The notes under the pieces: model-generated
What the model saw: the letters and a program-made list of their open reading frames with translations, nothing else
What the model was told of the DNA's origin: nothing
Database searches by the model: none
Position numbers and translations under genes: made by a program
From: Neoconidiobolus thromboides FSU 785
Lineage: Eukaryota > Fungi > Entomophthoromycota
Direction of reading: 5' to 3'
Length of the DNA: 64,000 nt
NCBI GenBank assembly: GCA_025603075.1
Contig: MU626360.1
Span: 13,531 to 77,530 of the forward strand
Part shown: positions 37,091-48,393 of the stretch, piece by piece
Numbering within the stretch: position 1 is the stretch's first letter
Layout: each line of letters begins with the position of its first letter

Positions 37091-37188
37091 AGGGGTGTTT
37101 TCTTGGCTTCATTACTTTCCCCATCTTTTAAATACCATTTGGACGGAAAATTTGTTAGTAAAATTCTTAAACATAAAAATATATTCCC
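37091..37188 (-). mobile_element. MITE family A copy 13
   Basis: AGGGGTG...TATTCCC, ATAT/ATAT. Confidence 0.87.
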
Positions 37189-37949
37189 ATATTTTAGTAA
37201 CTTGTAAGTCTCAAAAGAAAAGTCATATTTATTACAAATAAGAATAATTTTTGGATGTTTTCATGTTAATAGATAATAATTTTGGATAATTAGTCTTTGA
37301 TATTCATTAATTCAAATAATTATAAACAACTTGATTAAGTTATACTAAAGACAATATCAATAACTTTTATATCAAAAATATACTCCACAATACAAAATAG
37401 AATTGAAGCAAGCAATTTCTAATCAGGTTGATTTTTCCTTCTTTCTACTTAAAATTATGAATTTAAATCTATGAATTATGTTTTATGAATTAATACTTTA
37501 ATCCCTCTAAAATTATAAACGAAATATGCCTTCATTTCTACATAACCCTTTATGTATATTATATGATCTTTACTCATAACTCATAAATTTTATTACCTAA
37601 GATTTTGTGAAACATCTATTATATAATTGTATTAAATATTCTAGTTTCCCAATAACTTACAAATAGTTTAAAAGCTATTATGAAAGTCGATTTTACCGTC
37701 TGTTAAACTCAGTTCTCTTTATATAGTTTAAATATGAGTATTAAATATATAATTTATTTAAAATAACACTAAAATAAAGTTATAATAAGTTAAATTTTCT
37801 TTAGATGGAACAATGGCAAATAACAATAGAGGGGTAATAAGCTCATATTTAATTATTATATACATATCCGTTAGTTTAAAATATTTATTTTCAGTGTTCT
37901 AATATTTAGGAATATGGATAAAAGAAGGAGAGATTTATTATCAAAGTAT

Positions 37950-39177
37950 TACTAAAATGATTAATTTTAATCTACTTTACAAATGTATATTTGATTGAGT
38001 CATATTTTTTAGTATAAAGATGAGTTTTGTTATAATTGCAGCTATTGTAGAATAAATAATAGTAAAAATAATAGTCATGAAGATCACCAAATGTGTAATA
38101 ATTTGGATATTTAATAATAATAAAATATTGAACTCGATAAGCTCATTTGTTAAGCTATTGACATGAATTTGCTTCATATTTGGTAATTTCAAAAAATTAT
38201 AATATATTAATATTTTAAATCAAAAGATTCTAATCCTATAGCACAATATTTGTTTAAATTTAATATTATTACATTTGCTTGTGGTGTCAAAAAATGCACT
38301 GATATTATCTAATAGTGTCACGCTTTTCAGTTGTTTTAAGTTTCCTGAATAACTAATATTAAAATTAAAGTGAAATTTTCTTATAATTTTTAACTCTATG
38401 TTGGAAACAAAATTTATTTTAGATTATTTTCAGTAAATAAATATATTCATGAGTACTTGATTGAACTATAACACTTTTAACTCATTAAATTTCGTTTTAA
38501 TAGCATCTAATCCACAAAGGCTCAAATATCTATTATTTGGGGATGTTTTTTTGATTTCATTACTTTTCCATTTTTTAAGCGCTATCTAAGTAGAAAGATT
38601 GTTAGTAAAATTCTTAAACACAAAAATACATCCCTATTTGGATTTAATATAAGCAACTTTGACTTGCTTGAGTTTAAATCTTTAATAATACCCTTAATAG
38701 TCAAATTACTTTTGTTACCCCCGAATTCTTTAAACTGATTTAAATGGCTATTAAATAATTATTAAACAGTATCAATAATTGTGTATAATTGAATAATAAT
38801 AATCAACTTTCTTAATTCGGCCAGTTTAATTTCTAGCTTGATATTTTCTCCATTAAAAAATGTTTATATATAATCAATCTGTGGAAATTATGTTTGAACA
38901 GTCATTTAAATATTCAATTGTTCTATCATTCTATCATTTAGGTTGTTATGCTTTGTTAGTGATCCATTTTCTCTAATAAGGTTATTTCGGTAGCTATTAT
39001 ATCTCTTATATTTATGTTGATAATAAATTGAATGAGCTAAGTTGAACTTAATAACTTTCCTTACAATTTTGAACAGATGCCTATTTAAGAAATACAAGTT
39101 AAATAAATTGATCAGGTCCACATATTTAAAAATCTCTTCTAATAGAATTTGAGATAGATACTCAGAGTCAAACTCAT
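37950..39177 (-). pseudogene. F-box/LRR paralog 5, pseudogene interrupted by a MITE
   Basis: ATG at 39177 with an early 1-nt frameshift; EYLSQILLEEIFKYV; LILNPN-[MITE]-..GLDAIKTKFNELK; LPNMKQIHVNSL. 3' limit approximate. Confidence 0.82.
38539..38635 (-). mobile_element. MITE family A copy 14, inserted in paralog 5
   Basis: GGGGATG...CATCCCT with non-palindromic TSD ATTT/ATTT. Confidence 0.92.
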
Positions 39178-39288
39178 ATCGAAGTGAAATAAAGAATAAG
39201 CTCAATCTATCTTTTGCATTATTTAAATGACTAAAATAAGGCACAAAAATAATTTATACAAGTAATAGTAATAAGTCTGTCAAGGAGA

Positions 39289-40501
39289 TTATTTGAGTTT
39301 AATTAAATTCAACATTGGGATTCTTTCAGCTTCATCATAATAAGCTAGATCCGCTTCATATGCTATAGGGGCAATAAGTAACAGAGGAGTAGTAAGACTA
39401 TACTGAACTTTTATGTTTATACTTTCCAACTTAAAAGAGTCTCTAATTTTAAGAAGTCTAAGACATGGAAAAAGGGCCAAAAAACATAAAAGTGTATTAA
39501 ATGAAAAGTTAAATTTATCAATTGAAATTTCTCCTATAGAATTGCACTTAATTGAATTATATTTTTTATTATAAAGATCGTTTCCATTTAAATTAGTTTT
39601 GTTAAATATTTCCTTTACATTAAAACAAAGCTCATCAAAATAAATAGTTTGGATATTTGTTAATGGTGAAATTAAATGTAATATGTTTTTTGAAAATTTA
39701 TTGAAATAAATTTTTTTTAATGTTGGTAGCTTTGAAAAATTATAATGAATTATGTCGTTTGAGTTGAATTTTCCTAAAGAAACAATGTTGCCATTTTCAA
39801 TTAAAGTTAAACTATCATCCTCATTGTCAATATCAGAATAAGAAGTATTACAATCAAATAATTTCATCTTTCTTAATTGCTTCAAATTATCTAAACATTT
39901 TATATAAAGATTATCTGATCCTCCTTTGATTGTTGATTCTATATTTGCACTAAGATTAATATAGGAATCAAATAGAGTAGGAATAAGAATTGTTTTTTTT
40001 GATTTTAGATGTAGAAATCTTAATTTCTTAAACTTTTTAATAATATCTAATCTATCAAGATGAAATATACAATCAGAATACATTTCCAATACTTTTATTT
40101 TATATGAATCCAGGCCCTTGATATTGTCTTCAATAAGTGCAAGATTCCCATTAATTTCGGAAATTTAACGGTTAGTTTATTATAATGTTTATTGAATAAT
40201 TGTGTATAAGCTATAGATACTATATTAGGACAAAAGTTTAAAAGTTCAATTGTATCATCATTTATATTTATATGCTTTATCAATGCTCCATTTTCTATAG
40301 TAAATTTTTTTTGATAGTTGTAATATTTTCCATATTCATCATGATCATAAACCCAATGAATTAGATGAGACTTGATGACTTTTCCAACAACTTTAAACAA
40401 GTACTTATTTAAGAAACATACGTTGAATAGATCAATTGGATCGAAGTATCTAAAAATGTCTTTAGTAAAATCTCGGATAGATATTCAAAGGTTAAACTCA
40501 T
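39289..40501 (-). pseudogene. F-box/LRR paralog 4, frameshifted
   Basis: MSLTFEYLSEILL then a 1-nt frameshift, with a second break near 40090; the 266-aa C-terminal ORF is intact and ends IPMLNLIKLK. Confidence 0.8.
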
Positions 40502-40626
40502 TTTGAAGTGGGATATAAAATAAAAGAGTTTGATTTATTTATCTTTTATACTTTTTGAATATCATACCAATTAAATCATGTTTGTCTATAATGACTAAAA
40601 CTTTGTGTAATAGACTACTAGTATGT

Positions 40627-40721
40627 GGAGATGTATTTTTGTGTTTAACAATTTTATCAACAGTTTTTCCGCTCAAATAGCACTTAAAAAATGGAAAAAG
40701 TAATGAAACCAAAACATCCCC
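40627..40721 (+). mobile_element. MITE family A copy 15
   Basis: GGAGATG...CATCCCC, flanks ATGT/ATAT. Confidence 0.88.
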
Positions 40722-40772
40722 ATATAACAGACTGAAATTTATTCGATAGTACACTATCTTCATGAAAGCTAA

Positions 40773-41236
40773 GTACACATTAATAAAATAAAATATTATC
40801 AATTTTTAACGAAAGTTTGTGTCATTTTACATAAAAAAGTAGTAATTGACTTAAAAAGATTGATTTATTTTCAACCAAGAAATTTATCGATTTTTTGACT
40901 TTTATCTTTTAAAGCAAAATTATAAAATGAAACTTTAACTTCAAAAATCTAAAATGATGTCAAAAAGTTCTTTTAAGTGATATTAAAAGATTTGTTAGTT
41001 ATTCTATATCCAAAGCTTGATGTTTATTTAAAATCTGAGGATTTTGAATTTTATACCACATTAAATTTTAAGCTTAAATTTTATATCCTTCAACTAAGCT
41101 TTAATAAATCAATAGTATTTTTGCAATTTTACACACATAAATTTAGGCCATTTTTTGAAGTCAGTTACTACTTTTTTGTGTAAAATGACACAAACTTTTG
41201 TTAAAATTGATAACACTTTATTTTGTTAATGTGTGC
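40773..41236. mobile_element. Second non-autonomous element (family B, ~464 bp) with ~85-bp terminal inverted repeats
   Basis: 40773-40857 and the reverse complement of 41152-41236 align with about 8 substitutions and 1 indel (core AAAGTTTGTGTCATTTTACA..AAAAAAGTAGTAA). No clear TSD. Confidence 0.75.
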
Positions 41237-42558
41237 TACATAGTTTTTATAGAAATGCGTGGCGTGAATCATTTATAAAATAATGTAAACTGTAATTCTA
41301 TAATGATCTGAATTTTAATCTATGAGAAGTGGAACTTCGCCCAATAATGATTGGAGTTTAGTTATAAGTACTTAAATCATTTGTTGGGCTTAAATTTACT
41401 GTAAACAAAAATAACTTATTGATGCTAGAGCTATTTATATTTATCTATTAGTGATGATAGTCTTTAACTAACGAAAAGCTTTATAAGGAATCCATCATCT
41501 AAACTATGCCCATGATAGTTGTATTCTATATAACCAACTTATAAATAGTCAAAACTTAATATGAAGTTCATTATACTATATGATTTAAATTTACTTGGTC
41601 AACTATGAAAAAAGGCTCGATATCTTTAATTTAATCTTACATTTGATTATTTTATAACCAGGAATTAATAATGTAAATTTCCTTTTGCTAATACTGTTCG
41701 AATATAAATGATATAAATTTTAAGAGTGAATAATGATTGACCATTTTTTAATAAAAGCAAACTATAGGTTTCACAAAGTGAAGGGCTATTTTTTCTAGTC
41801 TTTTCTAACAAGCTAAATGGTCTACAGTTGTATTTATATTAAAGGGTTTAAGGATTTGATTGAATTAGATATATACTTTTTAGTTTGAAATAAGTTCAAA
41901 CTTACAAAATTAAGACTCTATTTTCTTAGCATCAACATCTAATTTACGATATTTAGATAATTTAACATGGAAAAAAGTTATACTTCAGATACAAATTAGT
42001 GCATGTCAGTAACCCAAAGCTAAAGAAGAATATCAAAGCTAGAAATATCATTTTTATTTTAATTAAAGCGCTTGAGTGATTAATTATTTAATAGTACTTT
42101 TGTTTTTTCAAAACAAAATAATATTTTTAAATGTGACTGCGATTTTGACTATAAAATTAAACTCTATTTTTATTCAAAAACTAGGATCATGATAATGTTC
42201 TATTAAGAATTTATAGAAAGAATATTGGTACTAATTTTATATTTATTATATATTTATTATATATGATAATGAAAAACAATAAAGTATAAAGTAATAAAAT
42301 TTTGTTGAAATTATTTTTTTGAGAAATGCTGACAAATAAATATTATTCAAACTCGGGAAAGCAGGTTTTAATAAGCAACCAATAAAGAATGAGCGACATT
42401 GAAGTAAATGTATAAAAGCACGCCATATTTTTTCAAAATGAAGTAAAAAATCCTTTTTATTACACCATTGAAAGCAAAATGTATTTAAACAAAACAATGA
42501 ACTATGAGTAAACAACAGTTAACATTTTTAATTTATTATTAACATTTATTTAAGTGAA

Positions 42559-43645
42559 ATGGGAAAAGATCGTAGTGTTGGTGAATTATTGAATTTATTA
42601 CAGATAAAGTTACCTATTATTGGTGCTCCAATGGCTGGAGTAAGTGGAGGTGAGTTAGCAGCAGGTGTACAATTAGCAGGAGGTTTAGGTTTTATAGCCG
42701 TAGGCTACAATAATGAAAGTTTTTTAATTGAGCAATTAGAACATGCAGTACTCCAATTAGAGTTATCACAACCAAGTTTACCAAACCCACAAAGAAGTTT
42801 ACCTATTGGAATCGGATTTATTACATGGAAAATTCAAGAGAGTGTATTTGATTTAGCATTAAATGCGAATCCAAAAGCACTTTGGTTTTCATTTGGGAAT
42901 TATAATTCTTATTTATCTAAGGCGCGCCATTTTAATCCTAATATTAAAATTTTTATTCAGGTAGATAATGTACAAGAAGCTTTAATTGCTGCTAAAGATG
43001 GAGCTGATGTTATTATAGCACAAGGTTTAGAGGCCGGTGGTCATGGTCCTAAAGAAGGATTATCTACTTTTGTTTTGATTAGTAATATACTTAGAGAGTT
43101 TGAAAATATAAAAAATCCACCTTTAGTTATTGCTGCCGGAGGTATTGTTGACTGGCGTGGTTTATCTGGCGCTTTAGCTATAGGTGCTACTGGAGTAGTT
43201 TTAGGCACAGCTTTAACAGTGGCTAATGAAAGCTTATTAAATCCTAAAGCTAAAGATTTAATTGTTAAAGCTGACTCAGATAGCACTTTAAGTACTGGAG
43301 TCGTTGATCAATTACGCGGTATCGATTGGGATTTAAATAGATTTGGAGCAAGAGTATTAAAAAATCAAGTAACAACAGGAGAAATAAAAATCAACAAAAA
43401 GGATTATGAAAGTGCTAGAAAAGAAGGAAATTATAATATTTTGGTAATTAATTTTAATTTAGTTTTTTTTTGTATTTAGTTTTATTTAGGGTATATTTGC
43501 AGGTATGGGAGTAGGTTTAGTAAAGGAGCGCAAAAGTGCAAGGGAAATTATTGATAAAATAGTTAAAGATTATTATTATTTACATTTACAACATCGTTCA
43601 CGCCAACAATGGATCCCAGTTCCTTCTACTCACTCTAAATTATAA
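42559..43645 (+). CDS. Nitronate monooxygenase family flavoprotein (2-nitropropane dioxygenase), C-terminal SKL
   Basis: PIIGAPMAG, AQGLEAGGHG, IAAGGIVD, GVVLGT; intron 43444-43489; exon 2 GIFAGMGVGLV...HSKL*. Confidence 0.9.
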
Positions 43646-43680
43646 ATAAACTGTTTTTTTATGCAACTTACTTATAACCT

Positions 43681-44682
43681 TTAGTTTATATTATCATCTT
43701 GTTTTAGCTCCTCATCTATAGGTATTATACTATTTATATTGTGTAATTCATTTTTTATTAAATTTAATTTATTATATTGATTAATAAGCTGTTGTAAAGA
43801 AATCTTGGAGTCATCCATTATTTGATTTAAACTCATTTCTAACTCAATTTTCTTTTTTGTAACATGACTATCTTTTTCAATAATTTGTTTGATTCCTTTT
43901 TCTTTTTTTAATTCCAATAATTCTTCCTTTAATGATATTGTTTCTTGTTCAATTGCATCATACTTTTCTTTAATTTCTACTTCTCTTTTTTCTGCTTGAA
44001 TACAACGAATAGTAACATTCTTTAACTTGTCATTACTCTCTTTCTGTTTATTTTCAGCATCGTTGATCCTATGATTTAATTCTGTTATGTGAAATTGAGC
44101 TTTTGATAATTCTGAGGATATAGTAGCAATTGTTTTTTTTTGTTGCTCAATTAAATTCTTATAATTCTCTAACTCAAGTTCCTTTTCTTGCTTAGGTGAC
44201 AATGGTAATTTTTTTGATCTTGAATTTAAATTAAAAAGTCCCAATCCATTACCATTCCTTTCCATTTCTAAATCAGATGCTTCACTATCAATATCTTGAA
44301 AATAATTGAGCTCTAAACTGTTTTCCTTAGCTTCGTTGATTGCACTAAACCCTGATTGATAATTTGGCGATAATTCGGACAAATAATGATTGAATGTCAG
44401 CGAACTGGACCTCGAATGTTGTCGGATACTAGGCAATTTCCTTTCATTACTTTTGTCATTCTTTAGACTTTGCGGGTTTAAATGAGACCTAGATCTTAGC
44501 TCATTAAAATTATTACTACTATTATCTAAAGGGCTGTTATTTAACTTTGGTGGAGTAGTAAAGAAAGGTGAGTTTATAGGATAATTTCTACTTTTTTCCT
44601 TCATTGTTTGATTCCATCTTTTGGTATTTGTCTCATAATTATCTGGTTGAAATTCTTTATTGTATCTTGGTAGTTGGTCCAT
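43681..44682 (-). CDS. Hypothetical protein: Ser/Asn-rich N-terminus plus coiled coil
   Basis: 333-aa ATG-initiated ORF with an E/K-rich heptad C-terminal half. Confidence 0.65.
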   Translation of the reverse strand: MDQLPRYNKEFQPDNYETNTKRWNQTMKEKSRNYPINSPFFTTPPKLNNSPLDNSSNNFNELRSRSHLNPQSLKNDKSNERKLPSIRQHSRSSSLTFNHYLSELSPNYQSGFSAINEAKENSLELNYFQDIDSEASDLEMERNGNGLGLFNLNSRSKKLPLSPKQEKELELENYKNLIEQQKKTIATISSELSKAQFHITELNHRINDAENKQKESNDKLKNVTIRCIQAEKREVEIKEKYDAIEQETISLKEELLELKKEKGIKQIIEKDSHVTKKKIELEMSLNQIMDDSKISLQQLINQYNKLNLIKNELHNINSIIPIDEELKQDDNIN

Positions 44683-45685
44683 CTTTAAAAAAATAATTTC
44701 TTATTTCTCCACTTTTTAAATTTTTATTTGGATTATTGTTATACCTCACATGTGGATAACTAATGATATCATTTTTGATTGGCCATACTGAGTTTAAATT
44801 GCCTCTTTAAGCCAATCAAATAGAATTAATTTATAGTTTCAAGTCATTTACCACCATGATCGTTTTAATTTATTCTTTTATAATTAAATTAATTAAATTA
44901 ATAGAAAACTTAAATATATTTAATGTTTTGAAACTTCTACATAAGAAAATACCGTAAAATATTATAGATAGCTTTGGGTTATTATTCTTTAAAAAATCCT
45001 ATTGTATTTTAATTTTTTTTGGATATTGAATCAAACTCCTTTCTACTCTCTTTTATTTTCCTTATATAAAGTGAGTTCTAGACTTTTAATAAATGCATAT
45101 TTTCGAAAATAATTTTTGCACTAAAGTCATAGTTTAGTCTTAGCCCTTTTGGTCTCATAGACGAGATATTTTGTCCAATTTAGTGTAGTTAGCAATAAAT
45201 TCTATTTATAGCGAGTTTATTTTTTAAAATTTACTTGGTACTAAAGGGGTAAAATAACTGAGTTTAAAAACTATAAAATAACAAAACAAATTATACTATA
45301 AAACGATAACTTGTAAATAGACTGATGGTATAAACTTCAATTTATGATAACTTAAATAGTATAGAAATCAGATTGTAAAAATAGACTGAGTATTTGTTAA
45401 CTTACTACTGCTTTTATAAAGAAATATACAAAATATTTAATATAAGATGCACTTTAAACTGACAAATTTAAAATCAATGATAAATGATAACTAAATAATA
45501 ACATTAATAAAGTACAGTTATATTCTTTGCTGATATTGTTCATTTGCTTATCAATACAACAGCATCATAGTTATTTTGATTTTTTCAAAACTTTAATTTT
45601 CCTTTTAACCAATAAAAACCGAACAATTTTAAGTCCATAATTGGTTTTCATTTTCAAACTTTATCTTTCTTATATTAAACAAGCT

Positions 45686-46881
45686 ATGGGATTAAGAAAA
45701 GCTAATACAACGTTCAAAGCCTTGAATCAAGTATTTAAAAGGAGCATAACCAATAATGCTAATGAAAAACAAGCCGTCCTTGAAGAATTGGGTAAAAGTA
45801 AAGTGGCTGAAAGAAGTAACAGGATTACGATATCTACCACGGATTTAAGACCTAGTCCATTTAATATTAGTTTGGAAAGTAAACAAAGGAAAGCCGATTT
45901 ATTGGGTTTGAGGAATTTTATTCCAGGAGATATAGAAAAGCCAAAGAAAGTTGAAAAGGCTGAGTTGAAATTGGATGAGGCTAGTAATCAACTTGAAAGG
46001 AAGAAACTGTAAGTTTAAAAAAAAAAATTGAACTATAGTTTACTTAATCGTTTTTTAGTACTAGGAAAATACTAACTCCCTATTATCAAGATTTTCATGG
46101 TACTTTTTAATTTTACTTTTTAATTTTAAGATTTTATATTAATTTTCAGACATTCGTAATACCGATGGTAAGCTTTTCGAAGCAATAGAAAAAGAAGTAG
46201 CCGAAAAGGTAAGGTGTTTTGACTAAAAAGAACAAAAGCAATAACAGAAAACAAATCCAGGAATCCTTTTATATGCCAAACATGGAGTTACAGCCTTTAA
46301 GTAATCAAAATGTACATAAAAAATCAAATTCAAAAGTGGAATTAATGGATATGTTGGATAAAAAAGTAAGCTTAGTTGCATTTTATTTATCTCAATATGG
46401 GGAAAATCAAGCTCAAACCTTCGTTCATCCTTTTTTAAACTTTTTAAAATCGGTACCAAAAGAAAATCAAAACGAACTACAGTTAATTGAAGTAAGTTTA
46501 ATGTATAGCTGTTTAATTTAAGGTGTTTATTTATTATAGATTAATGTGTCTGAACAATGGATGAAGGGGCTTATATCACGCTTGTTTCAATCTAAAATAC
46601 GTAATCAACTAAATGAAGAAAGACAAGTAAGTTTTTTAATAGTATACAATTATAATAGAGATTGATTGTTTATATCTTAATAGTTAAATTATTTATTTAA
46701 ATATGGAAGTATTGAACAAGTAAGAGAAAAGTTGGGAATGGTGAATGGGTTAATCGGTTATGTATTTTTGATCGATAAAAATTCAAAAATTCGTTGGTAT
46801 GCGAATGGAAATGCCACTAGTAATGAGATTACTACTTTATTAAGTTTGGCTAAACATCTTACATTGAATCCAAGGGCCTAG
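45686..46881 (+). CDS. ATP10: Mitochondrial ATPase assembly factor Atp10, multi-exon
   Basis: Presequence-like N-terminus; FYMPNM; GYVFLIDKNSKIRWYANGNATSNE matches the Atp10 C-terminal block. Confidence 0.78.
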
Positions 46882-47100
46882 TACTGTTTATAAGCTCTTC
46901 ATTCTATTCTTTAAATTTAAAAAATAATAATATTAGATGTTACATCATAGGTTTCATATTTTTAATGTTTTACTATTTAATTAATATTTATAATACAGTC
47001 ATATTGACCTATACAAATTTTAAACAATATAAAAAGTGATTACTGTTTAAATAAAAAAAGTTAAATTTTATTCGAATCTTAGTTACAAAGTGCTATTAAA

Positions 47101-48393
47101 TTATTCCCTTTCAAAGATAGCAGCCATACCCATACCAGTACCAATACACATAGAGATAGCTCCAAGTTTCTTGTTTTGTCTTTTAAGTTCTGGGAAGAGG
47201 GTGGCAACTTGGCGAGCTCCAGTACAACCTAAAGGATGACCAAGAGCAATAGCTCCTCCTTTTGGATTAACTTTGTTATAATCTAAACCAAGTTTTTCGA
47301 TACTGTAAACAGCTTGAGATGCAAAGGCTTCATTTAACTCAACGATTTCAATATCTTGGACTTGAACTCCGGCTTTTTTAGCAGCAGCTGGAATTGCATA
47401 AGCTGGTCCAACACCCATAATATGTGGTGGTACACCAACTACAGCTGAAGAAACATATTTACCTAAGATAGGTAATTTGAGTTGCTCAGCTTTGCTACGA
47501 CGCATTAATAAGACAGCGGCAGCACCATCGGATACTTGAGAAGCGTTACCGGCAGTGGTGAAACCATCCTTAGAGAAGGCTGGTTTAAGTTTATTCAAAG
47601 TTTCAAAGGTGGTTTCTGGGCGGATACCATCATCTTTAGTTATAGTAACCTTCTTTTCATTACCTTCTTTATCAAGAACAATGGTTTCAACTGGGATGAT
47701 TTCCTCATCGAAATATCCATTTTTTTGTGCAAGTGCAGCTTTTTGATGAGAAGTAGCAGCAAATTTATCTTGTTTTTCACGTGATACTTTGAATTCTTTA
47801 GCTACATTTTCTGAGGTGATACTAATTAACAAATATAAAAATTTAAGTAACACATATATATAATAAACTTACCCCATAGGTAAAAGAGATTCTGCAGCCT
47901 GTTTAGTAGAGTTTACAGCTTCAGAGATAGAAGTTGGTTGAGCTTGAGCACCATAATGCATGGTCATAGATTCAACACCAGCAGCAATACCAACATCAAT
48001 CAAGTTAGCTTGAATTGAGGAAGCGATGGCAGCAACAGCTTGAAGACCAGAAGAGCATTGTCGGTTAACAGAATAAATAGGAACAGAGTCTGGGATACCG
48101 GCATGTAAAGAGGCCATACGAGACATAGTGGCAGCAGTACCAGTTAATACATTACCTACAGCTATGTCTTCAACTATTTTTGGATCAATCTTACTCTTTT
48201 GAATAACAGCTTTGAATACGGCGGACAATAAGTCTTCGATATGAGTATCTTTGAAACCACCTTTACGTGCGCGAGTGATTGGGGTACGCAAAGCAGCTAT
48301 GATAACTACATCGTCACCTGATTTGTGACCTACCTTAGTAGCGTTTTTGGTAGATAACTGATTGCTGATTTGGTTTAATCTTTGAGAAGCCAT
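47101..48393 (-). CDS. POT1: Peroxisomal 3-ketoacyl-CoA thiolase, one intron
   Basis: NRQCSSG, NEAFA, GHPLG and CIGTGMG motifs; N-terminal PTS2 RLNQISNQL. Confidence 0.93.

Noticed and set aside
43560-43680. Possible extra minus-strand exon (..HCWRERCCKCK) for the coiled-coil gene, overlapping the NMO 3' end
   Set aside because: The upstream ORF already ends at a TAA at 43681, and no consistent splice frame could be shown.
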